From a virus: a stretch of 38,108 nucleotides of DNA. The stretch lies in the UHGV virus genome UHGV-2124252, one strand, 5' to 3'. This document shows, piece by piece, positions 8,300-17,425 of this stretch (position 1 is the stretch's first letter; each line of letters begins with the position of its first letter). Under the pieces are notes generated by a model. That model saw only the letters and a list, made by a program, of their open reading frames with translations, was not told where the DNA came from and searched no databases. A program made the translations under genes and the position numbers.

Positions 8300-9183
8300 C
8301 ACACACTCCTCGTCAGTATTCTGGCGGCCATTGCACTTAATCCCGGAGACATGCGGTTGAATGCTGTGCCGACGGCGTTAAGCTGCCCGGAAACGGTATC
8401 CAGAGCACCTGCAATATTTCTTTTGTCCACACCACTCAGCGCAGACTGTGCCTGCTGTACATACGTGGCTGCTTCGCTGGCTGTTCTGGCCAGACTGATG
8501 GCATCGGGCATGGATTCAGAGAGTGCGTTAAACGCCGGAACACTTTTCCCCAGAGCCCCGGAGATATTACCCAGTCCGCTCATCAGCCCCGGCACACGGG
8601 TCAGTGCGACAACGGGGTTATCCTTCATTTTCTGTGTCACCCGAACGGCGCTGATAGTGGTCTGGAGTACAGACTGCGCCTGTTTCGCATAGTTGACGCC
8701 GTTGCGGATGAACTGCGCCACCCCGGAAGGTGAAGGAATGGCACCGGAGACCGCCCCGACACCCGGGAGCTTCGTGCGTATTGCCGGTGGTTGCAGAGGA
8801 TTTTTCGGGTCACCGGTGTATTCCCGGAGAGACACGGTGGCACTGACAGCCAGCACGTTGCCGGTACTGTCAGTCTGCTCGCTGGTTGCAGTCACATCGG
8901 TAATCACGAACCAGCCGCGATAGTCACCGTTGCCGAAGACCAGCGCCAGTGCCTGATGGGCTTTCATGGCTGTTCGCAGTCTCGCCAGCTCCACATCGGG
9001 TACACAATAATGCTGATGGAAAACCAGAGTTATCTGGATTTCGTCCAGCCTGTCGCCGACGAACTGCAGGCCAGGCTTACCCCCGATGCGGGCATGCTCC
9101 GCATAATCGACGCCGAACGTGGCCTCGAAGCCGTCCCAGTAGGTAATCAGCTCAAACTCAATATCACCCAGTACGGCAAACAT
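8299..9183 (-). CDS. Tail protein, P2 gpU-like N-terminal domain (Mu DNA-circularisation protein N region)
   Basis: 294 aa directly downstream of tape measure gene with ATGA overlap; N-terminal pattern similar to gpU family. Confidence 0.55.
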   Translation of the reverse strand: MFAVLGDIEFELITYWDGFEATFGVDYAEHARIGGKPGLQFVGDRLDEIQITLVFHQHYCVPDVELARLRTAMKAHQALALVFGNGDYRGWFVITDVTATSEQTDSTGNVLAVSATVSLREYTGDPKNPLQPPAIRTKLPGVGAVSGAIPSPSGVAQFIRNGVNYAKQAQSVLQTTISAVRVTQKMKDNPVVALTRVPGLMSGLGNISGALGKSVPAFNALSESMPDAISLARTASEAATYVQQAQSALSGVDKRNIAGALDTVSGQLNAVGTAFNRMSPGLSAMAARILTRSV

Positions 9184-12134
9184 CAGCGGTACTCCTTACG
9201 TTGTTTCTGAGCCAGCAGACGCTCCAGCATTTTTTCCAGCTCATGCAGACTCATATTCAGGGCACCAGTCAGTCCTGCAGGCGCTGTGGTTTCCCTGCCA
9301 TTGAGGAAAAACTGAGGATTAAAGCTGACCTGGATACCACCAGACGTTCCACCGCCGGTTGCAGCTGCACCACGGCCTGAATATCCGGCAGCCAGGATTT
9401 CAGGCGAGGGGATACGGGGAACATCCGGTGTCATCTCATTTGCCAGACGTTGCCCTGGTAAAATCGATGCCCGGGTGGAGAGCGGAATAGCGGGCATGGA
9501 AGACAAACTATTGATTACGGCTCCGATCGCATTTTTAGCAGACGACATAAACCCATTGATATCGGGCAACGGCATACTGAAGCGAACACCTGAAGTGTTA
9601 TCCCGTATTTCTGGCCCCTGAATGCTCACGGGCATTTTGGGGAGCAGTTCACTGGCCATTCGCTGCCCGGCCAGAGCTGCAAGCGGAGTGGTCCGCTGCA
9701 GGCCAATGGCGGCCCCCTGCGCGATATTGTCACCAAAGCCCATAAACACGCGGCTCAGCGAATGAATGCCCAGCTTTTCGCTGAACCAGCCACTGATGCT
9801 GTCGCCCATTCCGGTTACACTGGATTTGAGCGACTCCCATTTGTTTTTGATACCGTTAATCAGACCATCGACAAGATGGCCACCGAAGTCGGTAAACTTT
9901 GCCGGCAGATCAACACCAAGATATTTCAGCGCAGCTGCAAAGGCTTTATAGAGCAGACCTGCCGGCGACCAGTTAATCAGCAGCTTACCAGTTCCCGCGA
10001 TACCGCCGTTAAAGGCTTCCTGAATGTCAGCCCAGCACTGTTTAAACCAGCTACTGATGCTGTCACCCATTCCGGTTACACTGGATTTGAGCGACCCCCA
10101 TTTGCTTTTGATACCGTTAATCAGACCGTCGATAAGATGGCCACCGAAGTCGGTGAACTTTGCCGGCAGAGCAACGCCGAAATATTTCAGCGCAGCCGCA
10201 AAGGCTTTATAGAGCAGGCCTGCCGGCGACCAGTTAATCAGCAACTTACCAGTTCCCACAATGCCGCCGTTAAAGGCTTCCTGAATGTCAGCCCAGCGCT
10301 GTTTAAACCAACCACTGACAGCCCCCCAGTTGCGGTAGATAAGGTAAGCTGCTGCCGCGACAGCGGTGATAACGAGACCGATGGGATTCATCATCAGCGC
10401 TCGCCCAATCCAGAGAACGGCACGTGCAGCGCTCATAAAACCGCGAACGAGGCTGCCCGCCAGAACTTTGCTGAGTTTCAGTCCTCCGCTGGTCAGTCGG
10501 CTGAATCCAGTGACAAGCCAGCGTAATTTGCCACCTTCTCCGAGTGCGGTAGTCAGTCGATGCCAGTTGGTCCGGAGTAAAACAGCATTTTTCCAGACAC
10601 TTACAAAGGGGGAAATAAGGAGATTCAGCCCCAGTTTGAGACCAACAGTCGCTATCTTAATCGCAAGGAGCGCACTGATGAGCTTAAAAGCCCCACTGAC
10701 AAATTGCGGGTGAGTCGCTACCCAGTGTTTTGCCCCCTGAATGAGTGGAAGCAGTTCCTGAGTCAAAGAAATAAAAGATGGAGCTAATTGATCGCCCAGC
10801 GTAATTGCCAGATCGCGACTGCTGACCATAAGTGTTTTAGTGGCTTCAAGGGGAGATTTCAGTCGCTGATCGTAAGCACTGGCAAGCAAATCGTTATCCG
10901 CAGCCCTGAGAGCACCGGCACGGATCTCTCGATATCTGTCCATGTTGGCCAGCATCGGGCGGATAAATGCCATGACCTGCATATCCGCGAACATATCACC
11001 CAGACCAAAGTTTTTCGCCAGAGCCTGAAGTGCCTCATCTCTTGCCGTATCATTCTTTATTTTCATGGCGGATTTGAAGCCGGCCAGCGCTTCGGGGCTT
11101 TTGGCATTGAGGTAACGTTCTATAACACTCAACATCCCTTCAATCGGAGAGATCCCCGCAGCCTTATAACTCGCAATAGATCCCTGCAAATCAATACCCA
11201 GATCAGCAAACTGTTTCTGAGTATCGCGGGCAAAAATTTTGGTAAGAAAGTTTTTAAAATTATTGGCTGCTTCGTCGGTGGAACCTGCACCGATTTTTGC
11301 TATCTGGAGACTGGCCCCGATTTCAGCAACAGCCTCTTTTCCACTGGCAATACCCGCCATCATTGGGGCCAGGGACTGCATCCACTTGACCTGATCCGGG
11401 ATTTCAAATGACCCCTGGTCACCGGCATAAGCCATAATATTCTGAACGGCACCAAAATCTCTGGCCGCACCTTTCAGGGAGTTTTGCCAGACTGCGGCCA
11501 CTTTTGCCCAGTCCTGAGCAGACGTGCGTGTTGCCGTTGTCGCGCGGGCAATATCCGGCATCAGAAAACCGATATCTGACACATTATCAATATTGTCGCT
11601 GATGAGTGAACCCACCGCCTCCTGCAGCTCATCCTGATACTGATTGTATTTAAGCGCCCAGCCTTTTATCTGTCCGGCAAGTGCATCCCGCGTTTTATTG
11701 TCATATTTTGCGGTGATCGACATATCAATCATTTTGTCCTGAAAAGACATGGACTGCTGAACGGCAGGGGAAACCGTATGATAAACAGTCTGTGCCATGC
11801 CATACGCTTCAATCCCCTGACCATACAGCGCCATGCGGTTAGCTTTCAGCGCATCACTGGTAGCGGATGCCGCTGACAGACGGCGCTGCTGGCGCTCAAT
11901 TTGCTCCATGGTGCGGCTTACCCGCAGCAGCTCGCTGTTGAGATGCTGCATCCGGGAAGAACCCAGTTGACCATAACGTTCTGTTGCACGGGTTAAAGCG
12001 TTCTGACGTTCCTGCAGGCGGCGTGAGGTATCGCTCAGGGAATCAAGCGCACGGCGGGTACCGCTCATTGCAGAACGGAATGTGCTGCCAATCATCCCGC
12101 CGATAACAACGCCGACTGAAAACTGTCCCGACAT
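9183..12134 (-). CDS. Tail tape measure protein
   Basis: 983 aa, helical N-terminus, hydrophobic central segments, internal 87-aa tandem duplication, follows frameshifted chaperone genes; GGAGG RBS. Confidence 0.9.
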   Translation of the reverse strand: MSGQFSVGVVIGGMIGSTFRSAMSGTRRALDSLSDTSRRLQERQNALTRATERYGQLGSSRMQHLNSELLRVSRTMEQIERQQRRLSAASATSDALKANRMALYGQGIEAYGMAQTVYHTVSPAVQQSMSFQDKMIDMSITAKYDNKTRDALAGQIKGWALKYNQYQDELQEAVGSLISDNIDNVSDIGFLMPDIARATTATRTSAQDWAKVAAVWQNSLKGAARDFGAVQNIMAYAGDQGSFEIPDQVKWMQSLAPMMAGIASGKEAVAEIGASLQIAKIGAGSTDEAANNFKNFLTKIFARDTQKQFADLGIDLQGSIASYKAAGISPIEGMLSVIERYLNAKSPEALAGFKSAMKIKNDTARDEALQALAKNFGLGDMFADMQVMAFIRPMLANMDRYREIRAGALRAADNDLLASAYDQRLKSPLEATKTLMVSSRDLAITLGDQLAPSFISLTQELLPLIQGAKHWVATHPQFVSGAFKLISALLAIKIATVGLKLGLNLLISPFVSVWKNAVLLRTNWHRLTTALGEGGKLRWLVTGFSRLTSGGLKLSKVLAGSLVRGFMSAARAVLWIGRALMMNPIGLVITAVAAAAYLIYRNWGAVSGWFKQRWADIQEAFNGGIVGTGKLLINWSPAGLLYKAFAAALKYFGVALPAKFTDFGGHLIDGLINGIKSKWGSLKSSVTGMGDSISSWFKQCWADIQEAFNGGIAGTGKLLINWSPAGLLYKAFAAALKYLGVDLPAKFTDFGGHLVDGLINGIKNKWESLKSSVTGMGDSISGWFSEKLGIHSLSRVFMGFGDNIAQGAAIGLQRTTPLAALAGQRMASELLPKMPVSIQGPEIRDNTSGVRFSMPLPDINGFMSSAKNAIGAVINSLSSMPAIPLSTRASILPGQRLANEMTPDVPRIPSPEILAAGYSGRGAAATGGGTSGGIQVSFNPQFFLNGRETTAPAGLTGALNMSLHELEKMLERLLAQKQRKEYR

Positions 12135-12209
12135 AGTGGTTAACCTCCGGGGAAGGTGAAAAGACGTGAGGGGATAACGCAGAACAGCCGCTACTGGCGG
12201 CTGTCTGTA

Positions 12210-12627
12210 CTATGATTTGTCGCCGTACTCGCTTTTGATTTGCTCTTCAGCCTGCTCCAGCCACATCTCCAGATCGTCAGTATCGAGGGCATCAATCTCC
12301 CCCGGCTGAAACCGGAACCATCTCGCCAGCAGCCCCTGCGCCTGCGTCAGCGCCCTGGTTGCTCTCACCCATCCCCGTGATGAGCTGAAATCGTTTCTGT
12401 AACTGCAGGTAATCAGCCAGATCCATATTGTCGAGATCCTCCGGGAGAAGACCAGTACTGCGGGCAATCAGCGGTTCGTCCCAGTCTGCCGGGTTTTTGC
12501 TGATTTTGCGCACCTGCTTCAGGTCTTTTACCGTCAGGCGTTTCAGTTCAACCAGCTCAATTCTGGTGCCTGCAGCAGTGGTGAAGGGATAAGACAATTT
12601 AAAAGTATCGGATGGGGTCTGTGACAT
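12210..12627 (-). CDS. Tail assembly chaperone, frameshift-extended form (predicted)
   Basis: Second ORF (12210..12467) is protein-like only in its last ~40 codons (…FQPGEIDALDTDDLEMWLEQAEEQIKSEYGDKS); it is in +1/-2 frame relative to the upstream ORF; run of five G (minus strand, 12299-12303) at the overlap. Confidence 0.5.
12292..12627 (-). CDS. Tail assembly chaperone, short form (P2 gpE / Mu gp41-like)
   Basis: 111 aa ORF immediately upstream of tape measure gene; overlapped at 3' end by second frame. Confidence 0.7.
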   Translation of the reverse strand: MSQTPSDTFKLSYPFTTAAGTRIELVELKRLTVKDLKQVRKISKNPADWDEPLIARSTGLLPEDLDNMDLADYLQLQKRFQLITGMGESNQGADAGAGAAGEMVPVSAGGD

Positions 12628-12724
12628 GATTGTGCTCCTGTGTAAGTTCAGGGCAGTATGTCGGGAGAAGCGCGTGACGGATATTAAAGGAGATTAAGAA
12701 GAAGGGGCCGGAGCCCCTGTGATG

Positions 12725-13006
12725 TCAGCAAGTGCGAAACCCCTTGCAGTTACGCAGGAAAGCGATGAGAAGCGTCTTTCCCTCAGATTTGCCGGTGCCG
12801 GAGAACCAGTGGTCGGGAGGCTCCCATGCTTCAATCAAATCCGCCAGTTTGCGGGCCTTTGAACGTGTGCAGTCAATCGGGTCATTGGTTTTACGGGTAT
12901 TAAAAAGGGTTTCCACCCCCGGAATATCAAGGAGGGTAAACCACGTACCATTTGACATGCCCAGTGCCGCACATCGTCCTCCTTTATCCGTCAGTTCAAC
13001 ACTCAC
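12725..13006 (-). CDS. Hypothetical protein (extra gene between tube and chaperone genes)
   Basis: 93 aa ORF, GTG start 2 nt after tube stop with GGGGG RBS; no recognisable family. Confidence 0.45.
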   Translation of the reverse strand: MSVELTDKGGRCAALGMSNGTWFTLLDIPGVETLFNTRKTNDPIDCTRSKARKLADLIEAWEPPDHWFSGTGKSEGKTLLIAFLRNCKGFRTC

Positions 13007-13008
13007 CG

Positions 13009-13530
13009 TCAGCCCCCGATATTGATACGGTAGTCAGTCAGTTGATCAACACCGCCGACCCGGAAGATGTTGGCCAGATAGTCCAGTTGCAGCAGCTCTT
13101 CACCATCCAGTACCTGTCTGATATACGTGCAGGTGAAGCTACTGGAGAACTCGGCGTTCTCGTGCTGTTTGAACGTCCCCAGCGGGTTCTTCTTGAACAT
13201 AATCGTCAGGAAGGTGACCAGCGGGATTTCGTCAATCAGCCCCTGCGAGCTGTAGCGCTGGACGCTGGAACGACACTGCAGTGCCAGCGACCTGTACGGG
13301 TTCGCGGCAGACAGCATCGCATCGCGGTAAAAGCTGTTCCATTTGATTTCGCCTTCCAGTTTGTCAAAACCAGCCGGGAGTTCCACCTTACCCACCATCC
13401 CCAGCGCCTTGTGTTCCTGCATAATCATGGAGACATCGGGGAGTTTAACTTCCTCAGCCCGTCCCAGCAGGTTAGTACCATCCAGATAGATGTTGGCATT
13501 CGTGATGCGGTTTATCTCAATCTTTGACAT
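13009..13530 (-). CDS. Major tail tube protein (P2 FII / Mu M-like)
   Basis: 173 aa, follows sheath gene with overlapping start/stop. Confidence 0.8.
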   Translation of the reverse strand: MSKIEINRITNANIYLDGTNLLGRAEEVKLPDVSMIMQEHKALGMVGKVELPAGFDKLEGEIKWNSFYRDAMLSAANPYRSLALQCRSSVQRYSSQGLIDEIPLVTFLTIMFKKNPLGTFKQHENAEFSSSFTCTYIRQVLDGEELLQLDYLANIFRVGGVDQLTDYRINIGG

Positions 13531-14957
13531 CAGTTGCCCCCTTTCAGGGTTAACAGGTATTCCGAGGTGATCTCAGTCTCAAACGTCAGTCGCTCCAGCG
13601 GCGGTGGTGGCGTATATTTGTAGCTCAGCAACAGGTGCCCGGCGGCCAGCTCCGTCTCCGGATTGCGGGCCGGATCAAACCAGCAACGGAAGCCCAGTAC
13701 CGCACCATCACCAGTCATTTTGCGACCGTAGGCGTTGACCGACTCCGTCAGTGCATCAATCAGCGCCTGAGTAATCGGCATGTCGATGTACTGCTGGCTG
13801 AAATAACGAATGGACTCGTTGATCACATCACCGGTGCGGCGAACGTTCTCAAAGTTACGCATATGGGTGACCGTTGGCCATGCTGCCGTCCGGTTACCCC
13901 ACAGACGAAGGCCGCTGCCGTAACTGCTGAATACCGTGGTGATCCCCTGTTCGTTAAGCAGGTTCACCTCACTCTGCGGGTCATCAATCATCGCGGACAG
14001 CTGGCGCTCCACGCCGGTGATCCCCAGAATCTCCTGATTGGAGGATGACCACCAGTAGCCCTTGTCCAGATCGACTCTGGCACGCAGACCTGCTGCACGC
14101 TGGCTGAGCGGCTCCAGACGCTCTGTGTTTGTCACCGGGTCATATACCTTCACATGCGGATAGCACAGACGGACGCGGTCGGAGCTGGTATTGAAGTTGA
14201 TGGTGCCTTCCGGGCCACGACCTGCCAGAGCCTGTGCAAAGGTGGTACCGACAGGCGCATCAATGTAGGTTACCGCGCCCAGCTTCTCTGCCATGGCGAT
14301 AAGCTCAACTGCGACACTCTTCTGGGTGCAGAACACCGGCGCAATCAGAATTTTGGCGAAATAGCCGTACAGGTTGAAGCTGTCGTTAAGCAGCTTCATG
14401 CCGGTTCGGTTTCCGGCGCTGTTCACCCCGCCGATGATGTCCGCCGCAGTCACCTTCGACGGGTCCGCGTACTCATAGCTCACCTTCACGCTGCCACCGG
14501 CCTCAATAGCCTTGCCCAGGTTCGTGAGCACACCCGCCTGCGCATCAACACGGTAGTCCGTGTTCGCCGTGTGGGTGGTGCTGCCTTCACTGTTTTTCAC
14601 CACCACATTAGCGACAACCGGATGCGCCAGTCTGGCCTGCCCTGTCGATTTGTCAAAGGTAACCACCTCATCCTCGATCGCCGTTTTATGTTTCGCCGGG
14701 TCGAGGACGTTAATGACCAGAACGGTGCCTGCACCATGGTCATAAATCGCATCCAGCGCCTGCGGAATGGTAAAGCCGGTGAACTGGCTGCCAAATGCCG
14801 CTGCGTCTTTCTCAGACAGGCACTGTACCAGCGTATTGACATCCCCCATCGGGGCGGTACCAATCAGGCCAATAACGGCAGATTTCACCGTTTTAACCGG
14901 GCGGGCACCGTTTTCCACCTCAATGGTTTCGGGACCATGCAGATAGTTAGCTGCCAT
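13530..14957 (-). CDS. Tail sheath protein (P2 FI / Mu L-like)
   Basis: 475 aa, position and size; contractile-tail module. Confidence 0.85.
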   Translation of the reverse strand: MAANYLHGPETIEVENGARPVKTVKSAVIGLIGTAPMGDVNTLVQCLSEKDAAAFGSQFTGFTIPQALDAIYDHGAGTVLVINVLDPAKHKTAIEDEVVTFDKSTGQARLAHPVVANVVVKNSEGSTTHTANTDYRVDAQAGVLTNLGKAIEAGGSVKVSYEYADPSKVTAADIIGGVNSAGNRTGMKLLNDSFNLYGYFAKILIAPVFCTQKSVAVELIAMAEKLGAVTYIDAPVGTTFAQALAGRGPEGTINFNTSSDRVRLCYPHVKVYDPVTNTERLEPLSQRAAGLRARVDLDKGYWWSSSNQEILGITGVERQLSAMIDDPQSEVNLLNEQGITTVFSSYGSGLRLWGNRTAAWPTVTHMRNFENVRRTGDVINESIRYFSQQYIDMPITQALIDALTESVNAYGRKMTGDGAVLGFRCWFDPARNPETELAAGHLLLSYKYTPPPPLERLTFETEITSEYLLTLKGGN

Positions 14958-15201
14958 GGGTGTCCTCCGTTTTCACTTCGCTGTCACTGCTGCTTCTGCG
15001 CTTTGGTGACTGCACAGCCGGTGTGCCGGCGGGTTTAGTCTCTTCAGGTACCGGCGTCAGATGTTTCAGCGCCACCAGTACCTTCACGTAGTCATGCTCC
15101 TCCGGCAGGGAAACCGTCTTCCCCGGCCAGAGCAGGATTTCGGTTCCGTCCGACAGCGTGACGCCGCTGGCCGGGCCGGAATAGCGGTATTCTTTCATCA
15201 C
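14947..15201 (-). CDS. Hypothetical small phage protein (Mu gp38 position)
   Basis: 84 aa, coupled to neighbours. Confidence 0.5.
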   Translation of the reverse strand: MMKEYRYSGPASGVTLSDGTEILLWPGKTVSLPEEHDYVKVLVALKHLTPVPEETKPAGTPAVQSPKRRSSSDSEVKTEDTHGS

Positions 15202-15662
15202 TCGCTTTCCTCATAGTTCACTTCGGTTAACAGCGGGCCGGACGGTAAATCGCTGTCTTCGATAAAGACGCTTTCAGTCGCGAAGTCGAGGGCGTACTGC
15301 CACAGCCCCCTGACTTCACCGATAAACACCTCGCGGGTCAGCCAGATACGGCGGCGGCAGCCGGGCGGGGTGTGGCCACCGAGAATGCGGCGGACAGCAT
15401 CCAGGACATTAATCGCCCCTTTTTTACCGTTGAGCTGGCGGAAGACCACCGTGACGCAGAGCTGGATAGTCTGAGACTGGATCACCGCACCGGTATCATC
15501 CGGCCTGTCAAAGCGCGAACCGGCATAGCTCAACAGCAACGCGCCAACCGGATGGTTCAGGCGATATTCAGCCGGTTTCTCCGGGAAGTACTCCACCTGC
15601 AGTTGCGGCAGCTTCTCGCGTAACCGGGCCAGTACCGCATCAAGGACGGGCAGAACGTTCAT
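15198..15662 (-). CDS. Mu gp37-like head-tail joining / tail terminator-region protein
   Basis: 154 aa, gene order after gp36-like. Confidence 0.6.
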   Translation of the reverse strand: MNVLPVLDAVLARLREKLPQLQVEYFPEKPAEYRLNHPVGALLLSYAGSRFDRPDDTGAVIQSQTIQLCVTVVFRQLNGKKGAINVLDAVRRILGGHTPPGCRRRIWLTREVFIGEVRGLWQYALDFATESVFIEDSDLPSGPLLTEVNYEESE

Positions 15663-16108
15663 CAGTATTTCTCCAGTAAACCGTCACGACCGCCGAAAGT
15701 AGCCGGGCGACTGCGTACACGAAACTCGCCAGGCTCAGGCACATCTTTCTGAGTGGACGGCAGCCCCAGCGTGAGCCTGTTATCACGTAACTCCCTGAGT
15801 TGCCGCAGCGCTTCTTTGTGGTCATCCTTCACCGTATCCGGGAGGTCACCTTCCGGGCGGCGGGCGTAGAGCCGGTAACGGACCAGCGTGATGGCAATGT
15901 CCCGCAGAACAGTCGGTATCTCTGCCAGTGGCAGGATATAGCGTCCGCGCAGATGGGCATCAATCAGCTCGTCGGCATAGCGGATACAGCTGTCCACCAC
16001 ACGGGTATTCACTGTTGCAGGTGAGTCGAAGTCCATCTCTTCACTGGTGAGCTCGATAAGCGTCCGCTCCGGCACCTGCGCAAGCAAATCCTCCAGGGTG
16101 CAGTACAT
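15662..16108 (-). CDS. Mu gp36-like head completion protein
   Basis: Start moved to internal ATG (16108) directly after stop of upstream gene at 16110. Confidence 0.6.
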   Translation of the reverse strand: MYCTLEDLLAQVPERTLIELTSEEMDFDSPATVNTRVVDSCIRYADELIDAHLRGRYILPLAEIPTVLRDIAITLVRYRLYARRPEGDLPDTVKDDHKEALRQLRELRDNRLTLGLPSTQKDVPEPGEFRVRSRPATFGGRDGLLEKY

Positions 16109-16109
16109 G

Positions 16110-16448
16110 TCACACCCCGCGCAGGATACGAATGACGTCGCCTTCACCCCCGGCTTCATCAAGTGCAATACCACAGGATTTACCGTCGCCGGACTGCGGC
16201 ACGGCTCTGGCCTGAGCATCTGACTGAACAGCCACACCACGGCTGACAGCGGCCCCGGCCTCGACAGCAATAATGCCCAGAACGCTCACCGGCGTGCTGT
16301 CGCCGGTAACAGCATCCACTTCGGCAACCCCGAGCGCTGCGGCACCGGCTTTACAGGGGGTATTATCTGCCCCGACAAAACGCTGCTGTGCCAGTGCTGC
16401 CCCTGCCGTTACGGTTGTGATCAGAATGACCTGCTGAGTGGTTCCCAT
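16110..16448 (-). CDS. Hypothetical Ala/Gly-rich head protein (Mu gp35 position)
   Basis: 112 aa, strong AAGGAGG RBS, directly downstream of major capsid gene. Confidence 0.6.
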   Translation of the reverse strand: MGTTQQVILITTVTAGAALAQQRFVGADNTPCKAGAAALGVAEVDAVTGDSTPVSVLGIIAVEAGAAVSRGVAVQSDAQARAVPQSGDGKSCGIALDEAGGEGDVIRILRGV

Positions 16449-16457
16449 AACGCCTCC

Positions 16458-17411
16458 TTATTTACTGATACCGGTAATGAGATACCCGGCATCGCCACCA
16501 ACCACGGCGACTTTGTAGATATCGGTATAACGGCAGTACTTCACCTTGCCACCGGCTCCGTCGTATTTGTCGGCAACAGGCATCCCCTTACGACGCAGGG
16601 TGTAGCCGAAGGACGGCTCGTTCTCGTCCGCGCTGTCCGCCCCCGGCTGCGGTTTGCCGACATAGTGCAGCATCAGATTGTCTCCCCAGATATCCGCCGG
16701 CACGCTGTTCTTATCCATTGCCGCTTTCATGGACGGCAGGGAGACTGGGGCACCGATGACGATCTCTTCGATCTGAAAGAGGTCCTGCAGGATTTCTGTG
16801 GTGATGCGCTTGCGTTCGTTGGCTCCGATGGCGGCCTGAATCGCCGGGTGGAACTTCAGCAGCGCCATCACGCCGGCCCCCATGGTCATCAGGTTAGGAC
16901 GCAGCCCCGTGGCCGTACGGACCGCTTCCATACCGGCTTCAATCACCCCGATGGGGTCCCCCTTACCACCGGCCCAGCGATCACTGGCTGTCAGTTTTTT
17001 GACGTGCCCGGTACGGTAGACCTTTTCATCCTGAGCCAGACGGGCAGCGATAAGTTCACGGCGCAGGTTCACGCCATTCGTGGCGCGACGGATGGCCTTG
17101 CTCTCTTCGTTAAACATGGACTCCGCCTGCTCGCGATAGTCCACCGGCGCAGCCAGATCGTGTTCACCCAGCACCAGGTCCAGCGTGCCTGTTTTTTCAC
17201 GGACCAGAACATTGCTGTCCGCCCCGACGGCACGCTCGGTGTCATATTCCACAAAGGCGGTTTTCCCGAAGGTCGGTACACGCACGCCTTCCTTGTCCGT
17301 CAGCACGACGGGGAAAATACGTTCGCCGATGAATGCGGCATTTTTATAGCCACGGGCGATACTGGTCAGTACCGGATCAACGACACGTTTACCTTTTAAG
17401 TAATCAGACAT
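16458..17411 (-). CDS. Major capsid protein (Mu T-like)
   Basis: 317 aa; size and position downstream of protease/scaffold gene as in Mu. Confidence 0.85.
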   Translation of the reverse strand: MSDYLKGKRVVDPVLTSIARGYKNAAFIGERIFPVVLTDKEGVRVPTFGKTAFVEYDTERAVGADSNVLVREKTGTLDLVLGEHDLAAPVDYREQAESMFNEESKAIRRATNGVNLRRELIAARLAQDEKVYRTGHVKKLTASDRWAGGKGDPIGVIEAGMEAVRTATGLRPNLMTMGAGVMALLKFHPAIQAAIGANERKRITTEILQDLFQIEEIVIGAPVSLPSMKAAMDKNSVPADIWGDNLMLHYVGKPQPGADSADENEPSFGYTLRRKGMPVADKYDGAGGKVKYCRYTDIYKVAVVGGDAGYLITGISK

Positions 17412-17425
17412 GCTCTCTCCTTAAA

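Noticed and set aside
12292-12310. Canonical -1 frameshift at the G-run
   Set aside because: The -1 frame from the upstream ORF gives a short non-protein-like extension; the protein-like downstream ORF is in the +1/-2 frame.
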